DNA from: Podarcis gaigeae
Lineage: Eukaryota
Assembly (NCBI GenBank): GCA_964106915.2
Contig: OZ066918.1
DNA: 64,000 nucleotides
Strand: one strand, 5' to 3'
The notes under the pieces were generated by a model, which was given only the letters and a program-made list of their open reading frames with translations, was not told the origin of the DNA and did not search any database. This document shows positions 40,801 to 52,800 of this stretch, in pieces; position 1 is the stretch's first letter, and every line of letters starts with the position of its first letter. A program made the position numbers and the translations under genes.

Positions 40801-43800
40801 AAAGGAAATGAAGCAAGGAAAACAGCTGAGGGAAAAAGGCAGTAGTAGCATGGAGAAACAATAAAAAATGCATTTTAAAAAGTCTGATGCAGAGACCCAT
40901 GCGATTCAACACCAACAGCTTCAGCCTCCATTTTTATACGGCTCATCCTCCCAGGACCTGTGTACATGGTACTGACTTCATTTTATCTTCACACCTACCT
41001 GGTGAAACAGATTAGACTGGCCCAAGTTTATCCAGTGAGTTTCATGACAGTGTGATGATTTGAATCCAGGTTTCTCTACTCCCAGTTTTATGCTCTAAAT
41101 CAGGAGCGGAGAACCTTTTTACCCAATGAACCAGAACATTATTTTCCCCACCCCTGCTGGTCAACTCTGGCAGCGGGACAAGGGGCACCCACCTTTAAAT
41201 CATCTGGTGCCATTATGATGTCAAGTCACTGATAGCTGAGTTGTCTTCAATTCAGTGGACAACCAGCAACACTCCTGCTAATGGTCTCAGTGAATGAGCT
41301 GAGATATAAAAGTTCAGGCAGTTGCTAAGGTACCCCAGACCAAAGTTGTTTGGGGCTTGTAAATTAACAAAAGGACCTTAAACCTGGCTCAGTAGTAGAT
41401 GGGCAGCTAATGCAGATGTTTTAACAATGGTGTCACATGTTGTGGGCTATTTGCCCCCACCAACAGTCTGGCCACTGCATTCTATACCAGCTGAAGCTTC
41501 TGGAGCATGACCAAGGGCAGTCCCACATAGAGAGCATTGCCGTACAGTGGTACCTCGGGTTACATACGCTTCAGGTTACAGACCCCGTTAACCCAGAAAT
41601 AGGTTAAGAACTTTGCTTCAGGATGAGAACAGAAATCGTGCTCCGGCGGCGCAGCAGCAGCAGGAGGCTCCGTTAGCTAAAGTGGTGCTTCAGGGTAAGA
41701 ACAGTTTCAGGTTAAGAATGGACCTCCGGAACGAATTAAGTACTTAACCCGAGGTACAACTATAATCCAGCCTCAGGAATGCAACATGGACTACAGTAGT
41801 CAGGCTATCCTTGGTGAAGGATAGTTCCAGGTAGCACTGTGGAAGGGCTTAGCTTAAAAATGAGGCATTACTCAGGATATGTGCACCTATATACATTTTT
41901 GGTAGGGTGGCAAGTTGCTCCTCATTGTACTTTCTCAGATCTATAGGTATGGACAGAAATGCACACCCTGAGCAGGGCGAGGGGCAGGAATTATGATATG
42001 TGTCAAGGAAATCTTAATTTTTTCTGTAAATTAGAGAGATTTGCATATCTATGCTACTTTCATGTTTTAGTTATTATTTGTTATTAATTTCAACAACTTA
42101 AATATCACTTAGCACTGTAATTTCTAAGCAGTGTACAATGAGGTACACTGAGCAGTAAAGAGATAACCTGGACAAACTGGGATGTCACTGATTGAAGTTA
42201 GAGCTGCCCATCTCCTGCTTCTGGTGCCCAATTCCAAGAGCGTTAAAAGGCAGGTTCTGGCAATGGTCACGTAAATTTTAGCACAGCTAACAGAGAGCTT
42301 CTCTGCTGGCTGTGAGCTTAACTTGTGAGAGTGGGTTTATGGCAATGAGAAAAAGAGTAACATTACGAAGAATCAGTACCTTCATCTGTGCAAGTTGCTG
42401 CTGTTGTTGCTGCTGCTGCAATCGGCGTAAAGCCTCCTGCTGCTGCTGCCTCTGCCTCATAATTTCTTTCTGGCGTTGGAGTTCCAGCTCTTTACGTTTT
42501 CGTTCTTCCTCTTCATGCCTCTGTCGGGCTGCTTCTTCTTCCATGCGCAGCCGGTTTTCTTCTAGCTGACGCTTTGCCTCTGCTTCTTCACGTGCCCATT
42601 TGGCAGCCTCCTCTTCCTTCCCAGAACAGAAAAAATATGCAGAGTCTCTAAAGTGGACTAACCTAGATTAAAATGCTTCCTTTTTGTTTGTTTCAAGATA
42701 CATAGGATTGCAAAGAATCCTTTGCTTCTAAGAATGCAACCTGTGCTAGAATACAACAATTTGATAAAATATAGCTTTAGAAAATGCCCCAGAACAGCCA
42801 TGAAAACTCCTTGTGTGACTTTGTTTCAGAATTCCAAAACTTTAAGACCATTTTGAATTGGTAGAGTCTTAAACAAAATGAGAGGTCCCTCTGCATTGTT
42901 TGATCTAATAACGGCTCATTCACTTATGCATTATCACTTGATGTAGTCAACAAGTGAGCATACATGTGCGAACCAGCCTCTGATTCTTGCAGGTCTAAAT
43001 TGCAAAATATTTCCCTTCTTTTCACCTGTTTACGAAGCAACTCTTCTCGCTGTAGTCTTTCTTCCTCTTCTCTTCTCCTCTCTTCCAGTCTCCTAAGTGC
43101 TTCTTCTTGCTGTTGCCGTTCTTCCTCTTCCCGCTGCCGTCTTAGTGCAATTTCTTGTTCCCTCTGCCGCCTTAGGGCTTCTTCCTGCACACAGAAATAA
43201 AAAGAATGAAATTAGCTAAAAGTGTGGATGTGCATTTAAATTCCTATTTATGGTATGCTGGATAGTAAGGGTCCCCTGACCTGGCTGCTCTGATTCTGAC
43301 CTGAAGCCAGAGGTCTTTTAAATGAAACGACAGCAGTTGGGAATGCATAGGGACAGGGGCTGACTTCACTTTGGGGGTGCAAGTCAGCAGTGGGCAGGGT
43401 CATCCTCTTTTCTCTCTCTTTCTTTCTGCTCTCCAAATTAATACCCAACCCAGAGATTACCCAAAATCAAATTTCCCCCTTCCTGAAATTATCACCCAGG
43501 TCCTCCCCAAATTAACATCCCACCCCAAGAATACTTCTGCCTTCCTGGAAGGCAAGTCTGAGACTGCTGGTGATGTGTGTGCTTGCTTTGGAGGCTGTTA
43601 AGCCTAGAGCAGACACATGCTTGGTTGCTAAAGATAAACAGACAGAGTCCTTAAACAGTCCTTTCCCAGGTGTCTCCCCCGATTCACAAAAGTGTTCTAA
43701 TACAAAAATACAATCTGCCTCCTGTTGTTGTAGGCAACTTAGAAGTAATAGGGTCCCTTCAGGGGAAAAATAGGGTTTTGATAAGCCTTGCCCTTGGCAG

Positions 43801-46800
43801 TAGCCAGGGGATGGTGCTGAAGATCACAGAACCATGGAGTTGCTGCAATGGCAAGAGGCCTCTTTAACTGCTCTCTTCCTGGGGGTGTAAGGCTGGGGGG
43901 GGGGGATCATGTCCTGCATTGCAGGGGTTAGACTAGATGACCCTTGGGTCCCTTCCAACTCTGCACTTCTATGAGGAAGAGCTCCTGGAACATAACATAG
44001 ACCATACTTCCCCCACCTGTCCTAAATAAAATTCTTATTTATTTATGTATTTTCTTTATTATGGGCAATTTCTGCACATCCTTCAAATAAATCCCCATGG
44101 TGGCCTCCAAAATATAAACATGTATGATTGAGCTGAAAAACTGAACACACTTTGGACTTAAAAGGTGGAAGGAACAGGAAACAAACTTATCCAACTTCCT
44201 TCACGGGAAATGAGAAAATGTGTTCTCTTAAAGATACTGAAATAGTAATTTATGTATTTGAGATGTCACCTGCTTTCTGCGCGCCAGCTCCTCCTCTTCT
44301 CTTCTTTTTCTTTCTTCTTCTTGTCTCCTGATCAGCTCTTCCTGTTGCCTCCGTAGCTCCTCCTGTCTTTTCCGCTCTTCTTCTTCTCTTTTGGCCCTCA
44401 GTTCTGCTTCTCTCCTCTCCTGCTCTAGCTGAATTAAAGAAGTAACAGTAGAAGTAAAGACCTCTTCAACTAGCACATTATTCCCGCTAGTTATAATCAC
44501 TCTCATCAGCGTCCTCTTCTACAGTTACCAGTTTGATTGGTCTTCCCTAATCTGTGTCCTTGTTGGTTTTTTTTTAAAAAAGCCCAATTAAGAATTAGTA
44601 AGTTGTGTCCCAATTACACTAAATCAGTACAGTATAAGGCAATTACACTAAATCAGTATAAGGAATGTCACAGTAACTCAGAAAATAAATGAAATGAAAT
44701 GAAAAGCTGCAACTGGAATGGTTTCTACTGTTTCTTACCTTAGCAGTTTTGGCTTTTTCAAGCTGCTGCAACTGTTCTAGAGCTGGTCCCTGAGCTGTAG
44801 TGTCGATTGGGAGATCCCAGACACTGCTTCCTTCCCAGACTGCAAAAAGAGGGGAAATGTAGGCTATTAAGGCTAGCCAAAAAACTAGGAATTCTGTGCA
44901 CCCAGGCAAATTCACTGGTAATTAAAAAATCTCACATGCACTATATGTTTTGATCGTTAAGACGGTTAAATGACCTCTTTTGTGTACCTTTGGTTTTCCC
45001 TTTTTTAGGAAGTAGGGGAGGGGAAGCCTTCTAAGGATGTGTAGCTAGGCATAAATTAAGGAGGTAGAAATGAGGGTGCTGACAGAAAGAATGAGAATGA
45101 AGAGACCACCACTGAAGGCCTCTAAGATACAGCTTTTGTCTTTTATCTGCTTTATACTTGTATCTGTACCTCTCAAAACAGCAGCATCCCAAATCATGGT
45201 TTGTGGGCTTTGATCCAGGAGCCGACCATAGTTTTCTCAAGATGTAGTTTCAGATCCTGGTTTGGCAATTATTCACAAACCATGGTTTGTAAGCGACATT
45301 CATTTGGATGTCATTTCAGGGCAGATTGTTTTGTGTCTGAATGTAGTCAATATCAAAACACTGTTTCGTACCTGTAGCTTGTGGGGCTGCTGACTGAAGC
45401 TCCCAAATTGAGCCAGTGTCTGGCACTGACACAGACCTTGTTACAGGAGTCACTATGTTCTGCTCAGCTTTCCTGGAATATAAAGAGGAAGATTCAACAT
45501 GCTACATCAAAATGCTAGTTATACTTAGAGGTCACAGGGGTGTTTTCTTTTTATTTTAAAATACAATGCTTCTCTTTTTTCTCCCTCTTCTTCAGAACCA
45601 GTATTAAAGTGATATTAGGGCATAACTTCCTGACAATTCCAACATTGCTGAGCAAAATCCAGAACTCTTGAGATGCACAAAACTGTTCTTTAATACTGAC
45701 CAGAATTTGAATGAAAATTTTTGCTCTGGTAAATTAACAGGCTTCAATGAAAACAAATATGAGATGATGACAAATACAACCAACATAAATGGACAAAGTG
45801 ACAACAGATCTATTTCACAGTCTTAGTGACACTGACTTGAAGCAATTTTGAACAGGCATAAACAGAGTGCTATATATTCAACAACCACTATCATGAGTAG
45901 ACTCTATAGGGGCCACTTTATACATTATATTCAGTGTTATATTACATGCCCTTTTGATAATGTGAAGTATGAACATGACAGTTATGTGCATGCCAACATT
46001 TCCAAAGACATGTTCTCAGGAAACCATTCATGGTAGGTGGCCTGAAGTTTACTTTCAAAGTACTAGATTTACTACTGCATAATGTGTGAAAATAGCTGAA
46101 ACTTGCATTCTTACCTCATTTTAAGTGCCTGGAACTGTTGCAAAAGGAGAGCCAGCTGCTGCTGCTGCTGCGATGAGAGAGCTGCTTTTTGCTGCTGTGC
46201 CATTACCTGGGCATACTGTTGTCTGGAAAAGAGAATGGGGAAAAGTACGCTCTACTTAGTTACAGAATGACTATAACAACCCAGAAAAGAAAAGAGCTGC
46301 TAGTTCATACCACAACTGACATTCAAACACATCAGTACAAACCAGAACCCACCCACCAAAAAATAAGAAACTGCCATTTGAAGTGGCTATTCAAAACAGT
46401 GACACACAACATTTACCTAAATTATAGATTGGATCTAACTATCCCTTTGTCATATAGGATTCCCCCTTTTCATGGAAGGTTTTCACTGAATGGAGGATCA
46501 TGATGGTGGGAAAGGAGTTTACTGGAGCCAACTCTCTCTACCCCACAAGCCCTCCAGGGGACACATGGGAATGGAGGGGGAAGGGGAAATAAGTGAATGT
46601 CACTTTCTTCCTTCCACTGGCAGGAGCATCCCATGAGCAAGTCTGCTCATGAAAAACTCCTGCCAGCAGAAGGTAACTGAGGTTCCAAGCCTATTATTTA
46701 AGCACTAGGCTGGCAGCCTTAAGCAACCAGGAGTTGCAGGCAGGCTGGAGGAAGAGGAATAAAGTGCTCCATCCCTTCTCTGTGCCCAGAATAGAAACCA

Positions 46801-49800
46801 AATAGGCTATTAACAGAAGAACACCAAAATGGAAGCCTGGATATTGTGGACCACAACTCCCACCAGTCCAGCCAGCATGGCCAATGGCCAGGGATGATGA
46901 GAGTGGTAATCCAGCACCAGGTTGGCTAGACCTGACCTACAAAAAACAAGATCCTATATTCTCAACTCCTAGCCCACATACTTGCAGTAGACATACTGCT
47001 GTCCACAGAACCAGAAAGTAATGACTGATGTATGGTAACTGTGACAAAGAGCAACTTGAATCAAGAGCTGCCACCATCTGTCAAAGCTCGTCTTTGTCAT
47101 AGCCACCACTTTCCCACTGTTCCTCACACTTTCTTGCTCATTCCCTGTCCTGACCATCACGGGCAGCATGTGCCCTATACTAGCAGGCTGGTGCAAGACA
47201 AACCAAGCTATCTAGGAGAAATTTTGTGAGCCTACCTACTCCTCTTCCTTGTCACCCAGAGGGAGACTCTAGGTAAGCAGGCTGACTGCTGGAGATAAGG
47301 AGCAGCAACAATAAGTGAACTGGCGGAATTGCCGCTGAGTAGTTTAAGTTGTCTCATAATGGGTCCTCCTTCTGCTAGGTGATAGGGGCATATGCCATCA
47401 GCAGGGACAGAGGACTTTGGATGGAGTGGGTGGTGGTAGCAGTGGCTGTTGTTGTTCCTCCTCCACTCACCACTCAGGGGGAGGTATGTGGCTGGGCAGT
47501 GAGAAGAAGTAAGAGCTGCCATGTACAGGGATGTCTTGCTGTCCACTTAGTATGAAAAATTGGACTATCCTGCTCTAGATCATTTAAACAAAGCAAAATG
47601 GCCATTGACAAATATTTATATAGACCAGGGGATGCTAACCTGTGGTGCTCCAGATGCTGTTCCAACTCCCATCAACCCCAGTCAGCATGTGCAATGATCA
47701 GAGATGAAGGGAATTATCGTCCAACATCTGGAGGGCCAAAGGTTAGCCACCGCTGATGTAAACTTACTGTAACAAAAATTGCTGGTACTGGAGGTGCTGC
47801 ATTTGGTACATGGCTGTGAATTCCTGTTGTCTAGTCAGTCGTTCCTGGTCCAACTCTCCCTGTGGTTGTAAACAAATCGATAGCTGAACTTGTATCAAAT
47901 GTTAGGATGCATGCGCATATGTACAACTCTGATTACAGTGACCTACAACATTATGATTACGAAATACCTTTTATATTAAAAGTTGTTAAATGGAACAACA
48001 TTTTTACAGATTGCTGTGTTTAGTAAAAAAAAAGTATAAAGGATTGTGTGAAGTGGAAAATAAAGGGGTGTATATAGTTAAACTGTGTCTAGGGACCATT
48101 CCTTGGCAAAGGAAACTGGAGCAAATATCCCCAGTGCATAAGATACATGCTCCTCTACCTCGAGGAAGGCCCTATGCTTTCCTACTTCACCTCTCCCAGA
48201 TATGAAGAAAGAGGGAGAAGCTGTGTGCCACATGCTAAATCAAGCCACAGCGGCAGAAGCAAGGCAGGCTTGTTAGTGTGTGTGCTCCAATCCTTTGGGG
48301 TTCCTTTTACTATCTCACAGCAGAGTTACCCAGAAAGTCTTCCTGTGTCTTCACAGCGGCAGCAGTCCAGCTCTCTATCGGTGAATGCCCGTGAAGGAAT
48401 AAACACCTCACCCATTCAGTTCTTCTTCAAATATTTATTTATATTACAAGTTGCATAACTTTATATCACTACTGGTCTACATAAATAAAACAGAACAATA
48501 CACAGAGATTTCAATTCTCTCTGCTCCCTGCAGCAATCCAGCTAGAGAGACAGGTTCAGAGACTCTTATAGACAAAGGCAGACACTGAATCTCTCTTCCC
48601 CCAGACATGCCTAGATAAAGACACCTGTTGCTGGGGAGAATTCTCGCTGCTAAGCAGAATTGGTTCAAGGACAAATCTGATTCAAAGATCGTTTCAGATT
48701 TACCTTTGGACTACACCAACAAGTCAGGAGGACCACAACTAGTAACATGCTTGGAAAAAAGGAGTAAGGGTCAGGGGCCTCAGTAGGAGCTACCTTTTAC
48801 TGATTGTGGCTTACTGTAATTTCCTTCTGCAATTTGCTATGCATAGAAAGCAGTTCAGCCAGATCCAACTGAAGCAGCATTCAAAGGCTTTTAGGTAAGT
48901 GAACCAGTAGCAATGAGGGCTTTTGCTATTTCACTGCTAGGTACAGTAAGCACTTTTCCCTTCCTGTATGGAAAGCCCATTGTATTGCGGCTCAGAGTAT
49001 ATGTTCAACATACAGACAGTCTCTCTAAACGTCATTGCTGCTCTGCGCCTGGTAGCACAAAAGCACACAAAACCCTAAAACTGGCATCTCTTAACTTTCT
49101 AATTTAATGTTAACTGTTTTACACATTGTCATATTTACCAAATGCAGAGGTGGTGCTGGACCGGGAGTGAAAGGAACCCTGCCCCACATTTTCATGATGT
49201 CTCCAAGTGGCTGGAAGCTCTCATCACATGCTCTTTTCACCAACAGTGACATTGTGAAATACCCGGCCTGGAACCACTCTGTCATCTCTTGGTTACTGAA
49301 TGGACCTGCAAAATCATCAAGGGATGAAATCCATGAAGACAAGAGTGAAACCTCTCCTGAGTGTTGCACCCAACAGTCACAGCCCATATAGAGCCTGGTA
49401 TCTGGGGGACTGCTCTATGTATGTGCCATATGTGTCTTCATCTTACTTACAGAGCTAGACATTTTCTGATGTCACCCTAAGTACATAGGCAGTGTATTGT
49501 AATTTCCCTTAATATTCCAGTGAAATAAAATAAACATAATACCAGACTAGTTTATATCTTAAGAGGAATTCCAATTTACATACCAAGCAAATACTTTCAT
49601 AAAATTAAATCTTTGTTTAGAAAATGCCTTTGGGGCTCTTCAGTTACAAGAATATCTATGCAAAAAATGGAAATACCAATAAAAGGAAGAGGATTTGGGA
49701 TCCCTGACTTAGAATTGTATCACCAAGCATATTTACTGTCAGGTATACAATTCTGGAGACCCATAACTAAAAACAACTGTCCAAATTGGGCTTCTTTGGA

Positions 49801-52800
49801 ATATTCCTATGTAGCACCTTTAGAAAGATGGGTAGCACTTGGGTCTAAATACATGAATACTCAAGATGCTATTGAAACAATAAGATTAGTTTGAATGATA
49901 TGGCACCACATGTCCAGAAAATATAAATTTGACCTTTTCTTCCACAACAAATGACTTTGTGGGGAAACCTGTCTTTAAAAATTGGGAAAGAAATAGTTGT
50001 ATGGAAGAGGTGGATGAATTTGGGTATATTAACGTTTGAACAGCTGATAAACGAAGAGGATGAATTTTATACATATTCTGTCTTAAGAGACAAATACAGA
50101 TTACCTACAAATGCTCAATGGCAATATCTTCAGATAAAAAACTTGCTAACCACCATCTACAGACCAGCAGCTTTTACAGCCAGAGAGACCCCAGAGATAT
50201 TTGAAGCAAGTGATTAATTCTTACACAACAAAAGCCCGGCCATCAACATATATAATATGTCACTAGCAAACCAATTTGATATACAGGTACTGAGGGAGAA
50301 ATGAAAAAAAGAATTAGAGATCTCAACTTCGACCCCAGAGTGGGAATCTGTGTTAAGTGCTATAACAAGGGTGTCTCTGGACCTTAAACTGAGGCTCAAA
50401 AAACAAAAAATAATATTTAGAATATACTGGACCCCATTACGTTTGTTTAAAAAAGGGCTATCTAAGGTATCTAACTGTTGGAGATGCAACAGGGATAATG
50501 CTTCTCTAAAACATGTTTTTTCATTGTGCTATACTGAAAGATTTTTGACAGAAGGTAACTGAAACTATCAACAGAACTATATGGAACAATCTTACATTTA
50601 CAGAGCAAAATATCCCTTTGAATTATATACCCAGCACACAGAACCTTACAAAGGGACAATATGAGTGGATTCTCCATGCCCTTACCACAGCAAAAAGACT
50701 AAGACTGATGAATTAGAAAAATAAAAATGCGGCTCCCTTCTACGATTGGGTGGAAGACTTATACAAACTCGCAACATATGAACAACTTTTATATAAACGC
50801 AGACTTGCCACGGACAGATTCAATGATATTTGGAATCCATTCTTACAAATACTGTAATAGGTTAATATCTGATGGAGTGCAATAACAACTTTGTAAAGTA
50901 TACAGTATACATGGATTTCCCCCCCTCCCCCCCCTTTACTTTGCCTTCTACATGGGTGGTGTTTCTTTTTCTTTTATTTATGTCTCACCCTTTTTAGTGC
51001 ACATATAACTAAAAAACAACAACATTCCAGTGAAATAAAAATAAAAAGCGGTAAGGATGAAAGCTTACCCTGAATTTCTCCCTGTGGATCTTTGTAGAAC
51101 CACTTTTGCATGGCCTCATGGAGTAATGGTACTGAAGTACCCTTTACTCTCTGCTCCTGAAGTTTGGCTGCTAGCCTTTCATCATCCAGGGCACTGTCCT
51201 GCAAATATGCCACCATTTTTTCTGCTTGCTGCAGCAAGAGGGGGGGGGGGGACACATTAAGAACAACTGAGGTTACTACTGCCAGGTTACACACCGTCGG
51301 TGGAATAAAGTGAAATTCAGCAGAAAGCCTTATGAATAATACCATCATGGTTGGTGGACTCAGACACAAAGGAATGAAAAAGTAAGTTTAAATAATTATG
51401 CAAAAAGATAATAAAGCTTGGCAGAACTGCTTGCTGGGAAGCAAGTCTTATTATCTGGTAAGCAGCAAGGATGGTCAGCTTCCGGAAACAGCTGAGGATA
51501 TTTTTCCTTCCAACAGACTTTCCCAGATTGATAAATGAGTCTTTATCACAAGTGTCTGCATGTTGGGTTTTTAGTCTTGTTTGAAATGTCTCTGTTGCTT
51601 TTGTGTTTAACTGCTTTTCATTATTTTACGTGTAAATCACCTTGAGATGGTGGTTAATAGATTAATTGTAATAATTGTAATGATGATGTCTGTATACATC
51701 GTGGTTGGAATTTTACAAGAAATTATTGGTCTTTAGAAATTCAAGTTTCTTGCAACATGTTTAAGCAACATTCAAACTACTGGAAAACGAAGAATTGTTT
51801 CTGGAGTCATTTTCAGAATCTATGTTCAGAGTCTTTTTCAGTCTGCATTTTCACTCATTTTTTATTTGCCATTTTTACACTGAAGGGCTCCTATATAAAA
51901 TCAGCAGACAGGGAAGGGCTCTGAAGATGATCATCTGTACATATCAATGCTTTACCCTTAAAACATATGTGACTGACATGCAAAAGGATTGGCCCTCTGT
52001 TCATGTGTATTTTGAAGGGGGAAATACAGTGTGTGTATATTTTGTACTTGAGTATCAGCAGCATGAGGTGACTCTCATATTCTCTACTGCGTACACACAT
52101 TCTGTCACAATGCTCATGAATGAAGTCAGGTGATTATCTATTTATATTAATGTTGGAGTGTGTGTGTCCATTTTTCAACTTGATTCACTTAGTACTCACA
52201 AAGTTAACCTACTGGAGTTGCATACCACACAAATATACAAGATAGATTCAACTTAATTTTAGAAAACAGGAATTCCCCTTCTTTAATTAACAAAAATATT
52301 AATTTTCCATTTTTGTTTGAGAAGGAGATGGCAGGAACATACAGGTTGAAACTGTTTTAATGAAAATTAAGTTGATTATCTGAAGTACAGTGGTGCCCCG
52401 CAAGACGAACGCCTCGCAAAACAAAAAACTCGCAAGACGAAAGAGTTTTCCGTTTTTGAGTCGTTCCACAAGACGAATTTCCCTATGGGCTTGCTTCGCA
52501 AGAAGAAAGCCCATAGGGAAATCTCCGGGGACCTCTTTTAAATGCTGGCGGTGGGGAGCAAAGCCTTTCGCCCCCCTCCGGCCTTCAGAAGAGGTCCAGG
52601 AAGGCCGGCGGGGGGCCGAAAGGCTTTGCTCCCCACCGCCAGCATTTTAAAAGCGGTCTGGGATAGCAGGGAATTGCGCTGCGCTTTCCCACTATCCCAG
52701 ACCGCTTTTAAAATGCTGGCCGTCGGGAGCAAAGACTTTCGCCCACCACCAGCCCTCAGAAGAAGTCCAGGACCTCTTCTGAAGGCCGGCGGAGGGCGAA

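Noticed and set aside
48344-48740. Possible reverse-orientation solo LTR
   Set aside because: Only a poly(A)-like signal and general composition; I could not define termini or a TSD
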